34,234 nt of DNA, from IMG/VR virus record IMGVR_UViG_3300020045_004558, positions 1 to 34,234 of that record. One strand, written 5' to 3'. The position numbers and the translations under genes were made by a program. Shown in pieces: positions 6,573 to 15,638 of this stretch. This DNA is from a virus (taxonomy: Duplodnaviria > Caudoviricetes). The notes under the pieces are model-generated. The model saw only the letters and a list, made by a program, of their open reading frames with translations, had not been told where the DNA came from and did no database searches. Within the stretch, counting starts at the first letter, position 1; every line of letters starts with the position of its first letter.

Positions 6573-6602
6573 CAGGGGCAGCGAAACGACACACCGCCCC
6601 TG
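6573..6602. terminator. Hairpin between the tRNA-like RNA and the convergent late block
   Basis: CAGGGGC...GCCCCTG stem flanked by A-rich sequence. Confidence 0.6.
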
Positions 6603-6615
6603 AAAACAACCAAAC

Positions 6616-7041
6616 CTATATTATAATTCCAAATAAGTCTTTGACACGCTGAACGTGCCAGTCGATCTCATTGTAACCCCGCTTGCCGTTCAGCTGCTTG
6701 TTTTCAATTACTGTGGCACAATCAGCTTTTTCAGTGTAATATTCGCCAACCTGTATTGGGTTAGCCCTTGTTACCTGCTGATGGTTAACCCTTTCAAATT
6801 CGTATTCGCAAAAGTGTATATATTGTTCAAAGAAGAATTGTGTCAGGCATTCGTTAACGTTAAATCTATTGCCGTTAATAGAATGTAATTCCATTGGAGA
6901 ACTTGGAGCCGGAAAGTGATTTACATTAACGTAACCGCTAACAATAGCACCATCCTCAAAAGTAAGGGGCATCAATAATTTTGCAAGTGCGATGATCTTA
7001 CGTTGATCTTCAGCGTTATAAATTTTCGATTCGCAAGCCAT
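6616..7041 (-). CDS. Hypothetical protein, last gene of the late operon
   Basis: Tightly packed ORF; no motif recognised. Confidence 0.7.
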   Translation of the reverse strand: MACESKIYNAEDQRKIIALAKLLMPLTFEDGAIVSGYVNVNHFPAPSSPMELHSINGNRFNVNECLTQFFFEQYIHFCEYEFERVNHQQVTRANPIQVGEYYTEKADCATVIENKQLNGKRGYNEIDWHVQRVKDLFGIII

Positions 7042-7042
7042 T

Positions 7043-7354
7043 TTATTTCTTTTTTAGTATTCTTTTTAATTGCCAATTTTTATAAGTTCTTTCGCGGTCA
7101 GTTACTATGCTGAATATCCTGTACAGTGTGCAACCTTTGCCTCGTGGCATTGCCCGCCTGATGGTTGATGATTCATTAAACACCTGCTCATAATCTTTGC
7201 ATTTGATTTTACCTGGTTTAACTTCCTTTTCTAATTCAAATAAATTATCAAGAATGTAATTAAGGTTATCGGTACCTAATACAGCAATGCCATTCATGTG
7301 GTCTTTGTACTGCTTCAGTAATACCTTTGCAGGTACATCGTCCAAAGGGTGCAT
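7043..7354 (-). CDS. Hypothetical protein
   Basis: Abuts its neighbours with 0-1 nt gaps. Confidence 0.7.
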   Translation of the reverse strand: MHPLDDVPAKVLLKQYKDHMNGIAVLGTDNLNYILDNLFELEKEVKPGKIKCKDYEQVFNESSTIRRAMPRGKGCTLYRIFSIVTDRERTYKNWQLKRILKKK

Positions 7355-9451
7355 TTAATCCCAATTTTCAATCAATCCGACCTGAACCCATCCGTTAACC
7401 CTCTTCGGGTTTGAACCTGCTACTATTGGCAGCGTTTCGTTATATTCATAAACAAACGATTGTGCGCCCGCCTCTAATGGTATGTATTGACCGTTCAGAT
7501 AAATACCCCCTGATTTCTTTAACCCAACCCCTGTTTTGAGATTCGTCATTGAGGTGCTGAATGTTGTAATTGCGTACCGGCTACCGAGTTTCATAACGGC
7601 TGCTGCCACTTCATAATCGCCAAACCAAAATGTGTAATTTGTGCCTCCGAAACATTGCCATGATGCGTTACGATCACCGGCTAATAATTGCCCTGTTGTG
7701 ATTATATCCCACACCTTTTGACAAGCTGATTGAGCAAGCACAGCACTGTACATTTGATAAGCGTATGATTTGGGATTTGGATTATTGCCACCGTCAACAA
7801 ATAGGGCCGGATAAGTGTATGGCGAACCTGTTGCCGTTACAAAAGTTTCAAGTCCTACTGTATGCGTGGGGTTAATATCAAAATCAGGATTGCCTAAATA
7901 ACCGACACCAAAAAACGGAGCATTTAACGGATGACCCTGTTTAATTTCTTCACGTTTACTCAACATGAAATATCTTAACAACCCTCGTTTATCACCACTG
8001 GTTAAACCACCTGATAACAGGTTAATCATTTCGCGTGGATAAAGTTGTGTGCTGCCCCTGCCGTCAGTATTTAACCCTACCCTATATTTGAATTTAGGGA
8101 AATAGTAATTATTACATCCGTCCAGTGCGTTTACATCGTATTCGATAATTTCAATACCGGGACAAGCCCTCCTGATGCCGTCATACATTCTATTCATACA
8201 GGCAGCGTAACGTTGTGAGCAGTAATCCCACCAACTTAACCCTGATGCTTCTTTTGCAGCCTTACAGGACACATTTGTATTATACCGAACCGTATCAAGC
8301 CAGTTATTGAAATACTCGTTATCAACTAAAGCTGTTTTAATCGGTTTTAATGATCGCGCCTGCGCTTCGGTATAATGATATTCTAAAATGTAAGCCATAT
8401 CATCAAACGTTTCTAAAGGCACATTTGGCAGCATCGCATTTATTTGTGCTGTGGTGATTGCAGGGTGGCCGGGTAATGATGGCAAATGTGATAGTGAGCA
8501 ATCAACTCTTATTTCATAATCGGGATGAGCGTTTGCAGCGTTAATCATCGCAGTGTTGAACTTACCATGCGGGCTGTTAGGTTGATCTTTATAACTGATA
8601 AAATCTGTTGTATTGCCAATCATGCGAAAATCACAATTACCTTTGTCGGCCATTAATACAGCGATAGCAACCCCCGCTTTAATTGCTGAATCGGTAGGGA
8701 TTCCATGATCTTCACCCCCTGCTTTTAAGAAGTCAAACATTAAGCGGGTTTTCTCAACTGTTGGGGGTATAGGTTTAATAACATTTAAAGCATCAGCCAA
8801 TTGAACGCAACAGGATTTTACATTTGTGTAATCCCAGTTACCGTCAACATCCTTTATTAATCCCTGCGGTAAATTTCTGCTATCGAGTACCTGTACCGGT
8901 TGTGGTATTTCTTTTTTAAGTTTTAAAAATGAGGGTGAAAAAGTAAAATCGGTTATCGTTGCGCTTAGTTTATCAATTGAACTGTTGCTGCTTAACCACA
9001 ATGACCCGTTAAAAGTTGCCGCAGGTGATGGAGTGCTGCTGATAATAAATGAATCAACCAATACTTCACGCACGCCTTCGCCCACCCTGAAGGTGAGCGT
9101 ATGAACGTTTTTATCTGCAATCTTTTGATAGCCTGATTTGCCACTCAATACGGTATATGATCCGTTATAAACTAAATAGGGATAGCTGATATAAGCCTTT
9201 TGGTTGCCTATCTCAAATAATGTAACGGTTCTATTCTTGTGAAAGCCGGTATCAGTTTTCATTTTAAATTGAATGGTGTAATCAGAACTCGTTGCGTATT
9301 GACCCATATTAACGGCAGGGCTGTTATTCGTAAACACCTGTGCGCTGCATCTTAATTGACAGAATAGGCCAATGGCCAACCCTAACAATATCATTGCAGG
9401 AATAGAATAATCACTCAATAAAAATTGTTCAATCTTTGATTTTAATTTCAT
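7355..9451 (-). CDS. 698-aa secreted protein; LamG/ConA-like N-terminal region plus possible glycoside-hydrolase-like domain
   Basis: Hydrophobic signal ending CSA|Q; YTIQFKMKT...HTLTFR...VLVD laminin-G-like pattern; alpha/beta central region with a VDNEY motif. Function is tentative. Confidence 0.55.
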   Translation of the reverse strand: MKLKSKIEQFLLSDYSIPAMILLGLAIGLFCQLRCSAQVFTNNSPAVNMGQYATSSDYTIQFKMKTDTGFHKNRTVTLFEIGNQKAYISYPYLVYNGSYTVLSGKSGYQKIADKNVHTLTFRVGEGVREVLVDSFIISSTPSPAATFNGSLWLSSNSSIDKLSATITDFTFSPSFLKLKKEIPQPVQVLDSRNLPQGLIKDVDGNWDYTNVKSCCVQLADALNVIKPIPPTVEKTRLMFDFLKAGGEDHGIPTDSAIKAGVAIAVLMADKGNCDFRMIGNTTDFISYKDQPNSPHGKFNTAMINAANAHPDYEIRVDCSLSHLPSLPGHPAITTAQINAMLPNVPLETFDDMAYILEYHYTEAQARSLKPIKTALVDNEYFNNWLDTVRYNTNVSCKAAKEASGLSWWDYCSQRYAACMNRMYDGIRRACPGIEIIEYDVNALDGCNNYYFPKFKYRVGLNTDGRGSTQLYPREMINLLSGGLTSGDKRGLLRYFMLSKREEIKQGHPLNAPFFGVGYLGNPDFDINPTHTVGLETFVTATGSPYTYPALFVDGGNNPNPKSYAYQMYSAVLAQSACQKVWDIITTGQLLAGDRNASWQCFGGTNYTFWFGDYEVAAAVMKLGSRYAITTFSTSMTNLKTGVGLKKSGGIYLNGQYIPLEAGAQSFVYEYNETLPIVAGSNPKRVNGWVQVGLIENWD

Positions 9452-9488
9452 TCGTTTTATAAATTTAATTTGATTTTGTCAAATATTT

Positions 9489-9830
9489 TTAAATGCCGGA
9501 GGGCTGTGTGCCTCCAAACTTATAGCCACTGCTCCAGGTGATTGCAAGCCCTGTAAATACAGCATGAACAAGTCTCTTAAGTAGTATCCAATAAAATATA
9601 CTTAGTATTATTTCATCGTGAATGTGAAAGAATAATGACCACTCCACAACAAATGATAAAAGGGTGAAAAGCAAGAAAGTAAAATACATTCCGAGTAACC
9701 CATAATCACGATGTATTAATACAAATTTCTTTTTCCTGATTTTATGCAGCGTAAAAATAAATCCGCATATAGTCACCAAAAGAATTATTAAATCTAATGT
9801 GGCAATGGTGATAATCAGTTTGTGGTTCAT
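9489..9830 (-). CDS. Three-TM membrane protein (holin/antiholin-like)
   Basis: Three hydrophobic segments; lysis-cassette position. Confidence 0.6.
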   Translation of the reverse strand: MNHKLIITIATLDLIILLVTICGFIFTLHKIRKKKFVLIHRDYGLLGMYFTFLLFTLLSFVVEWSLFFHIHDEIILSIFYWILLKRLVHAVFTGLAITWSSGYKFGGTQPSGI

Positions 9831-10192
9831 ATTACTTTTTTTAGGATCACATCAAGTATAATGTTGTTCTTTTCTAAAGCATGAACAATCTCTTTATTGC
9901 TTTGCGAATGTTGCTGCATGGTTTCGTTTACACGCTCCAGTACATGAAGCCCGGCTTTGTTTAGTTCCTTGTATTCTTTGACATTTTCCTTTTGAGCAAC
10001 TTCATGCTTTTCCATTATGGAAAAAGTTTTTTCGTTTAATAACTTGACCTGCTTGTACATATAAATTGCAGCAATGATACCAAGCGAAAACATAAGCAAT
10101 CCGATTGCAAGCACCAGTTTATTCAGTCCATCAAAATCAGTTAACGAACCGTACAGAACCTTTGCTATTTCATCAAAGAACTTATTGAGCAT
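9827..10192 (-). CDS. One-TM + coiled-coil holin-like protein
   Basis: LVLAIGLLMFSLGIIAAIY TM followed by a coiled coil. Confidence 0.6.
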   Translation of the reverse strand: MLNKFFDEIAKVLYGSLTDFDGLNKLVLAIGLLMFSLGIIAAIYMYKQVKLLNEKTFSIMEKHEVAQKENVKEYKELNKAGLHVLERVNETMQQHSQSNKEIVHALEKNNIILDVILKKVI

Positions 10193-10194
10193 AA

Positions 10195-10368
10195 TTATTT
10201 TATTAAAGCTGTGGTGAAATATTTACGCAGTACAATTGTCGCAATCGCCCCGATAATTGTCACTATCCCAAATTCGTAGTTACCCGCTATGATAGCGAAT
10301 ACCCCTGTAACGGCTTGTGTAACCGCAACCCAAAAGATTTTGGATTTGAAGATGCTTTTCTTTATCAT
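10195..10368 (-). CDS. 57-aa two-TM holin (absent from ORF track)
   Basis: MIKKSIFKSKIFWVAVTQAVTGVFAIIAGNYEFGIVTIIGAIATIVLRKYFTTALIK; the K..FKSK.FW...LR..T pattern is typical of small phage holins. Confidence 0.7.
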   Translation of the reverse strand: MIKKSIFKSKIFWVAVTQAVTGVFAIIAGNYEFGIVTIIGAIATIVLRKYFTTALIK

Positions 10369-10565
10369 GGTAGATAATTATAAATAGCATCAGCTATTGT
10401 TATGGCAATTGTTTCATCGTTTAAATCCCATTGGCCTGTGTTTAATTCCTTAATGAGGTTTTCAACACATTGATAAATATTATCACCAGTTGAAAGACTG
10501 TAATTAATAATTTTTGTGCAGCGTTGGCTGTCTTGTACTGTGAGTATTGTTACTTGATCTGTCAT
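10365..10565 (-). CDS. Hypothetical protein
   Basis: ATGA overlap with the holin gene. Confidence 0.6.
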   Translation of the reverse strand: MTDQVTILTVQDSQRCTKIINYSLSTGDNIYQCVENLIKELNTGQWDLNDETIAITIADAIYNYLP

Positions 10566-10584
10566 GTTGTTTATTTATTATTCA

Positions 10585-11511
10585 TTATGCTTGTTTCGCC
10601 ATTATAATTCCCGCTACATTTAAAGGTGCAGCCCCGCTTCCTGTTGTCTGATAAAACATTCCTTCACTCAATCCACCTGTTCCCGCTGCTGCGTCATCAT
10701 CGTAAGCTGGTAAAATACAAGCTATATACGACTTAGCTATATCTGGCGCACCGCTTCCGCCTATTCCGATGGAGCCAAGTACCGTCAGCCCTGCGGAGGT
10801 GGTGACACCTGCACTTGCTGTTAAAAGCATTTCATCGGCTGCGGATTGTCTTATAGTAGTTGTACTATCAGTCAGCTCTAATCTATCTGTTGTTCTTATT
10901 CGACCTGTTACCGCTAAAGCCTTACCTGAAACAGCCGCACCGTTGATGCCGACTTCTACATCGTGGCCTACGTTGTCAATCTTTAATTGTTTAGTGGTGG
11001 GAGAATTAATAATAACCACTGCTGCATCATCGCTGTTTTGAAATTGAACAGAACCGTCAGTTGATGAAGCTGAACCAACGGACAAACCACCCCTTGCAAC
11101 AACTGTATAAGGTGTGATTATTTGTGATAGATTATTATCAATCTCCAATATAATTGTCGCATCGGCAAGAATATTCATTCCCCAACTGCCGCCAATCATA
11201 CTGTTAACCATTCCGCTGCCGTCAACAGGGAATATTATTTTATCGTTAGCGTCAATTTCGATGTCTTGCCCGCCTGTATTGTTGCCCGCTCCTAAAGTTG
11301 CTGTTAGGGTGTCCACTACGTTGCCGCTACCCGCTGCAAAATCAAAGGGGGTGTAAACACCATCAACCAACTCATACATTTGTTTGGTTATCGGATCAAC
11401 TAAATAATCTGTTTCAACAGCGTTTAAGGGTGTAACAACAACTTCATTATTGGTTGTGTCATCCGCTATTGTGACCTGATTTGTGCTTCTTCGTACTTCG
11501 TGAAATGCCAT
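10585..11511 (-). CDS. Tail fibre / virion structural protein
   Basis: Gly/Ala/Thr-rich beta repeats; TLTATLGAGN and C-terminal LPAYDDDAAA..GGL..G.FY motifs resemble phage fibre modules. Confidence 0.6.
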   Translation of the reverse strand: MAFHEVRRSTNQVTIADDTTNNEVVVTPLNAVETDYLVDPITKQMYELVDGVYTPFDFAAGSGNVVDTLTATLGAGNNTGGQDIEIDANDKIIFPVDGSGMVNSMIGGSWGMNILADATIILEIDNNLSQIITPYTVVARGGLSVGSASSTDGSVQFQNSDDAAVVIINSPTTKQLKIDNVGHDVEVGINGAAVSGKALAVTGRIRTTDRLELTDSTTTIRQSAADEMLLTASAGVTTSAGLTVLGSIGIGGSGAPDIAKSYIACILPAYDDDAAAGTGGLSEGMFYQTTGSGAAPLNVAGIIMAKQA

Positions 11512-11523
11512 TGTATTTATTTA

Positions 11524-12066
11524 TTAAACTTTTGAAACTTTAAATAATTTTGTCCTGCCTGATCGCGCACTCTCGCATTCCGATAACCCGCTATTTCTCC
11601 AAATAGGATAAGTGTTTATTATTGTCGGGTCATTCAAATACCGTTCAACATCATTCATTAAACTTTCGGCAATGTTGAAATGGTTAGCAGCGATTTGAGC
11701 AAGCATTTTATCGCTTACCGGCTCACTTACCTCATTGCTTTTTTGCCTTGTTCCAAATGGGGTATTGACCGCATTTGATTCTAAGATATATCGAGCATAG
11801 GTGTAATGACACAAAGCTGCCCTAACTCCGTTAAAGTGTATTGTTTCGGGTGTTGAATTTGTATAAGTTACTCCGTCAAGTATTGCAGTATAGGTTAATG
11901 AGTTCGTCATTACATCCTGATAAAAAGCGGCTCCCAAACGATTCTTTAAATCGAACCTTTGTGCCTGTTTTATAAACGGCAATAGAATTTTATCGTTAAC
12001 TATGTTTTGAGTTAACCCGATTTCACCATCGAAATCTGCCTTTGTTATTAATATAACTTCTGCCAT
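11524..12066 (-). CDS. Head-tail adaptor/connector protein
   Basis: Follows the portal; FIKQAQRFDLKNRLG...ALCHYTYARY pattern. Confidence 0.65.
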   Translation of the reverse strand: MAEVILITKADFDGEIGLTQNIVNDKILLPFIKQAQRFDLKNRLGAAFYQDVMTNSLTYTAILDGVTYTNSTPETIHFNGVRAALCHYTYARYILESNAVNTPFGTRQKSNEVSEPVSDKMLAQIAANHFNIAESLMNDVERYLNDPTIINTYPIWRNSGLSECESARSGRTKLFKVSKV

Positions 12067-13365
12067 TTATATATCGGTGTTTAAAGGTGTTCCGTTAACC
12101 ATTGCATCAGCATCTTCCCGACTTACCCCAAACACAATTACCAATGTGTTTATCTTTTTACTTGATGTCAATGCAGGGTCTGATAATATCGCCTGTATTG
12201 CAGTAATCCCGCCAACTCCGATTGATGCTGCTAATGGTTGTTTAGCTGATTCTTGTTTTAATCCGCTAACAGGAATGATCGAATAATTGCCGGATGGGTT
12301 AACATCAGCATTATACCAATTTTTAAATAGTTTTGTAAAGCACTCTTCAAAAACCAACCTATCAGAATACGTTACTTCATCATAATAAACTTTTGCCTGG
12401 TTTAATTTGCTCGCGTCTGATAAGCTGCCCGCCTCTTCAATGGATAATAATATTTTAGGCTGATTAAAGCATTGTATTACCGAACCGACAACGCTTTCTT
12501 TTGTGAACTGAAATAATTTATCGTTTATGTTGGTTGATAGCGGGGTGATTACTGCAACATCTTCTTTGGTTTTGGCTTCCAATACAAGAATCGAATTACT
12601 ATTCTCTGCTCCCTGAAATCCCTCGATGCCTCTCATGTATTCTTCTCGCTCCTTATCGTCTGCAAATTCTCCTAAAACGGTCATCACTGACTGATTGATG
12701 AACCCTGTTTTAACGCATCTCCAGTTATACAATTTGATTTGCGAATCTGTTTCTAAATCTTCAAGCACTGCATCGCATGGAGCAGTTGGGTATTCGTTAC
12801 CGTTACCGGTGAAATAAAATATTTGGCCTTTGTAGTTTTCATAACCGCCCGCTGTTTCAATTTGTTTTGAAATTACATCAGCGTCAGGATTGTATAAATC
12901 TAATTCTTTCGCTTTGTCTTTTTTATAGCCACCTTTATTTCTATCCCAATCATCGTAAACAACAATCTTTGAGCTGTACATATTTGAATCTGGCAACGAT
13001 TTACGACACCACCAAAAAGGAACCCATGACAACTCGTTAACCTCTAACAGTGGGTTGTACTTAACATGAATTGCAAAGCCTTTAAAACGTGCGTAATCGG
13101 TAGCGCAAAGCCTTAGCAGTTCATCATTGGTAAGCCCAAAACGATTAACAACAGCCTTGTAAAAAACAGAATCAGCAAAGCCCTGACCCTGTATATACTT
13201 AGAATAAAGGTTGACACATGAAACACCGATCCCGCTCGATGCTATTGTGTATAACACTCGTTGCGGATACGCGTTATCGTCATCATAATTTATGATGCCT
13301 TCGGTCTTGTTCGCCTTTACGTTAAACCTGCGCTCTAATGTGCCAACCTTTACTTTCTTAGCCAC
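12067..13365 (-). CDS. Portal protein
   Basis: 432 aa; YDDDNAYPQ start and FQGAENSNSILV segment as in Bacteroidota phage portals. Confidence 0.8.
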   Translation of the reverse strand: MAKKVKVGTLERRFNVKANKTEGIINYDDDNAYPQRVLYTIASSGIGVSCVNLYSKYIQGQGFADSVFYKAVVNRFGLTNDELLRLCATDYARFKGFAIHVKYNPLLEVNELSWVPFWWCRKSLPDSNMYSSKIVVYDDWDRNKGGYKKDKAKELDLYNPDADVISKQIETAGGYENYKGQIFYFTGNGNEYPTAPCDAVLEDLETDSQIKLYNWRCVKTGFINQSVMTVLGEFADDKEREEYMRGIEGFQGAENSNSILVLEAKTKEDVAVITPLSTNINDKLFQFTKESVVGSVIQCFNQPKILLSIEEAGSLSDASKLNQAKVYYDEVTYSDRLVFEECFTKLFKNWYNADVNPSGNYSIIPVSGLKQESAKQPLAASIGVGGITAIQAILSDPALTSSKKINTLVIVFGVSREDADAMVNGTPLNTDI

Positions 13366-13371
13366 TTTTAA

Positions 13372-13842
13372 TTACTTCTTTTTTGAAGGTGTTTTTACTT
13401 TCTCTTTCGCCTCATCGTTTGCTGATTCATCGTGTGCGGGCTGTTCTTTTTTCTCAACCTTGCCGGACGCTATCAATTGCTCCCAGTTAGCAGGGTATGT
13501 TTCAAAGGCTGCAATCAAATTTTTATTTTGTTTTAGCAATTCAATTGCTGTTGCATCGCTATCCAAATTGCTTTCAGTGATGATAACGTGCTGCTTGTGA
13601 AGGTGTATCTGTACACCTTTTTTTAATGTGAAATTTTCTGACATTGTGTGTATATAATTATCGTTTAAATATTGTTCTAACTCCCTGTATGCCACCTTTA
13701 ATTTACTTTCGCAGGTGACACAATCAATTGATTTACCGAGTGCTGATTTGTACAGTATTGACAATTCAACGGCTGCATCGGTCATTTTTCCTAAATCACT
13801 TTCTTTGTATTTAAGCAGAAATGATTTTACGTTTTCTTTCAT
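13372..13842 (-). CDS. Hypothetical CxxC-containing morphogenesis-region protein
   Basis: CVTC motif; lies between tail tube and portal. Confidence 0.65.
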   Translation of the reverse strand: MKENVKSFLLKYKESDLGKMTDAAVELSILYKSALGKSIDCVTCESKLKVAYRELEQYLNDNYIHTMSENFTLKKGVQIHLHKQHVIITESNLDSDATAIELLKQNKNLIAAFETYPANWEQLIASGKVEKKEQPAHDESANDEAKEKVKTPSKKK

Positions 13843-13854
13843 GTTGTCGTTTTA

Positions 13855-13891
13855 AAAAAAACGGGGCGAAGTCTTTTATTCCATCGCCCCG
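13855..13891 (-). terminator. Intrinsic terminator after the capsid and tail-tube genes
   Basis: CGGGGCGA...TCGCCCCG stem followed by a T-run on the minus strand. Confidence 0.8.
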
Positions 13892-13921
13892 AATCACATA
13901 ATCATAAATCAACTCAAATTC

Positions 13922-14488
13922 TTACAGCAATGAATCCACTATTGCAAGTGTAGTTGCATAGTCAGTTAAGAATAAAGCCTGCGGCAATACTGATTCTAAA
14001 GCACCCTCATCGCTCGAAAGTTTTAAGGTGATCGCTCCCTGATTGTCAGTGTCGTTTGCATCGCGTTTTAATTCTTCGAGAAACAAACCTGTGTTGTATC
14101 CGTAAACTTCAAATGCTGTTTCACCGGCAGTTCCACGATAATTGTTTTCAACGATTGCAAAAACTTTTCCTTTTGCTAATTTTTGTAAATCAGCTTTCAT
14201 TGCCTGATCGTATTGAAACACCAGGAATTCAATCTGATGTTTGAACATATTGATGAAAGGCTTTTTAACCAACTCATAAGAGGGGTGGTGTGATAACTTT
14301 TGCCCTTCATAAACAAAGCCGGTGGTTGCGCCTGTTAAAGCCATTGCCGTTATTGTTCCATTTGCCGTTACCGTTGCAGTTCCTTTGTCATCAAAATTGA
14401 CAAGGATCATTCGCGTTCCTGTGCCTCCGCTTATGGGAGCATCACAGTCTATCTCTGAACCTATTGTTATTTTTGCACAAGCACTCAT
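13922..14488 (-). CDS. Major tail (tube) protein, probable
   Basis: 188 aa, MSAC...DC...GG start, beta-rich; directly after the capsid gene and before a terminator. Confidence 0.65.
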   Translation of the reverse strand: MSACAKITIGSEIDCDAPISGGTGTRMILVNFDDKGTATVTANGTITAMALTGATTGFVYEGQKLSHHPSYELVKKPFINMFKHQIEFLVFQYDQAMKADLQKLAKGKVFAIVENNYRGTAGETAFEVYGYNTGLFLEELKRDANDTDNQGAITLKLSSDEGALESVLPQALFLTDYATTLAIVDSLL

Positions 14489-14541
14489 TTTATTTTGATT
14501 TTTTAATTGTTAGAATTTAATTTAATTCGATCTTATCAAAA

Positions 14542-15597
14542 TTAATAAGCGATGCAGGCCATGAAGTTGTGAGGGATTTGAACATCCATCTTGTAACCTC
14601 CGCGAACTTTCCAATATTTTGTGTCACGATCATACCACACTTCAAGGTTATCAACCGCATCAGTATCTAATCCGATTTGAAGATTCGCCTTTGTGGTTAA
14701 TACTGCGCGATGTGGCAAGTTGTAAGCAGTAACAGAACCGTTTGCAAGCATGTCGGCCTGTATGTATAAATCCCAATCAGGTACAGGTATAACTGGTATG
14801 CCTCTGAAGTTAGCCTTTACAATACGCTCTTCGGAACGTGCAAAAGAAGATTCTAATGTCTTGCTTTCTTTTGTTGCCAAAAAGTTTTCAAATAAAGTTT
14901 GTGTGCAAAGGATAACTGCATCCTGCGCTGATTTTAAACGTGGATCAGTTGCACCGGTTAACATTGATTTAAAGGTATCATAAGCCTTATCAGTTGCAAG
15001 TGCAAGCTGCAATGCAAATGTACCAAGAGCATTTTCAGAAATGGTAACTCTACGAGTATCCGCAGCGGTAACACCAACGGCAGCCACCAATTTTTTCCAA
15101 AAGCCATCAACCTGGTTATAGTTAACAATGTCACCTACAACTTTAATAACTCCTGTTGTTGCCGCGGTAGCGTGTGCGGTGTCACCTAAGAAGGCAACAC
15201 GCAAAGCATCCCTGCGTAATACTTCAGGATAAGTTTCAGTTACATATTTTGCGATTTCAGTATCGGTTAAATCGTTATAATCTAAACCGTTTTTCATGCT
15301 CCATACATACAGGGTGTCTTCCCATGCAGTTGCACAAATGCGATCATAAACCTCTAAGCGAGCCGGATCCCAAAACTTTTGTAATGCAGTGATACCAACA
15401 TCAGTTGATGTATCGCCACAACCCGCATCAGTTTTAGTTTTTTTGTCACCTAATCCAAGATAAACAACTTGCTTTCTTGCCTTGATGCCAGGAACTACGG
15501 TGTACATATCAGTAACCGCAGGAATGTTAAACATCGGGTCTAAAATCCCGCTTTTTGCTTCTTCACCGTTAAAGGTTACTGTGCCTGTAAATGCCAT
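14542..15597 (-). CDS. Major capsid protein
   Basis: 351 aa after the protease/scaffold; AFLGD and DGFWKKL motifs; ends YKMDVQI. Confidence 0.8.
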   Translation of the reverse strand: MAFTGTVTFNGEEAKSGILDPMFNIPAVTDMYTVVPGIKARKQVVYLGLGDKKTKTDAGCGDTSTDVGITALQKFWDPARLEVYDRICATAWEDTLYVWSMKNGLDYNDLTDTEIAKYVTETYPEVLRRDALRVAFLGDTAHATAATTGVIKVVGDIVNYNQVDGFWKKLVAAVGVTAADTRRVTISENALGTFALQLALATDKAYDTFKSMLTGATDPRLKSAQDAVILCTQTLFENFLATKESKTLESSFARSEERIVKANFRGIPVIPVPDWDLYIQADMLANGSVTAYNLPHRAVLTTKANLQIGLDTDAVDNLEVWYDRDTKYWKVRGGYKMDVQIPHNFMACIAY

Positions 15598-15638
15598 TTG
15601 ATTTAAATTTAATTGTTAGAAATATTTTATTAGATTGA

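Noticed and set aside
6147-6609. Minus-strand ORFs 6147..6563 and 6409..6609
   Set aside because: They are antisense to the RHH-like gene and the tRNA-like RNA, and lie at or beyond the terminator.
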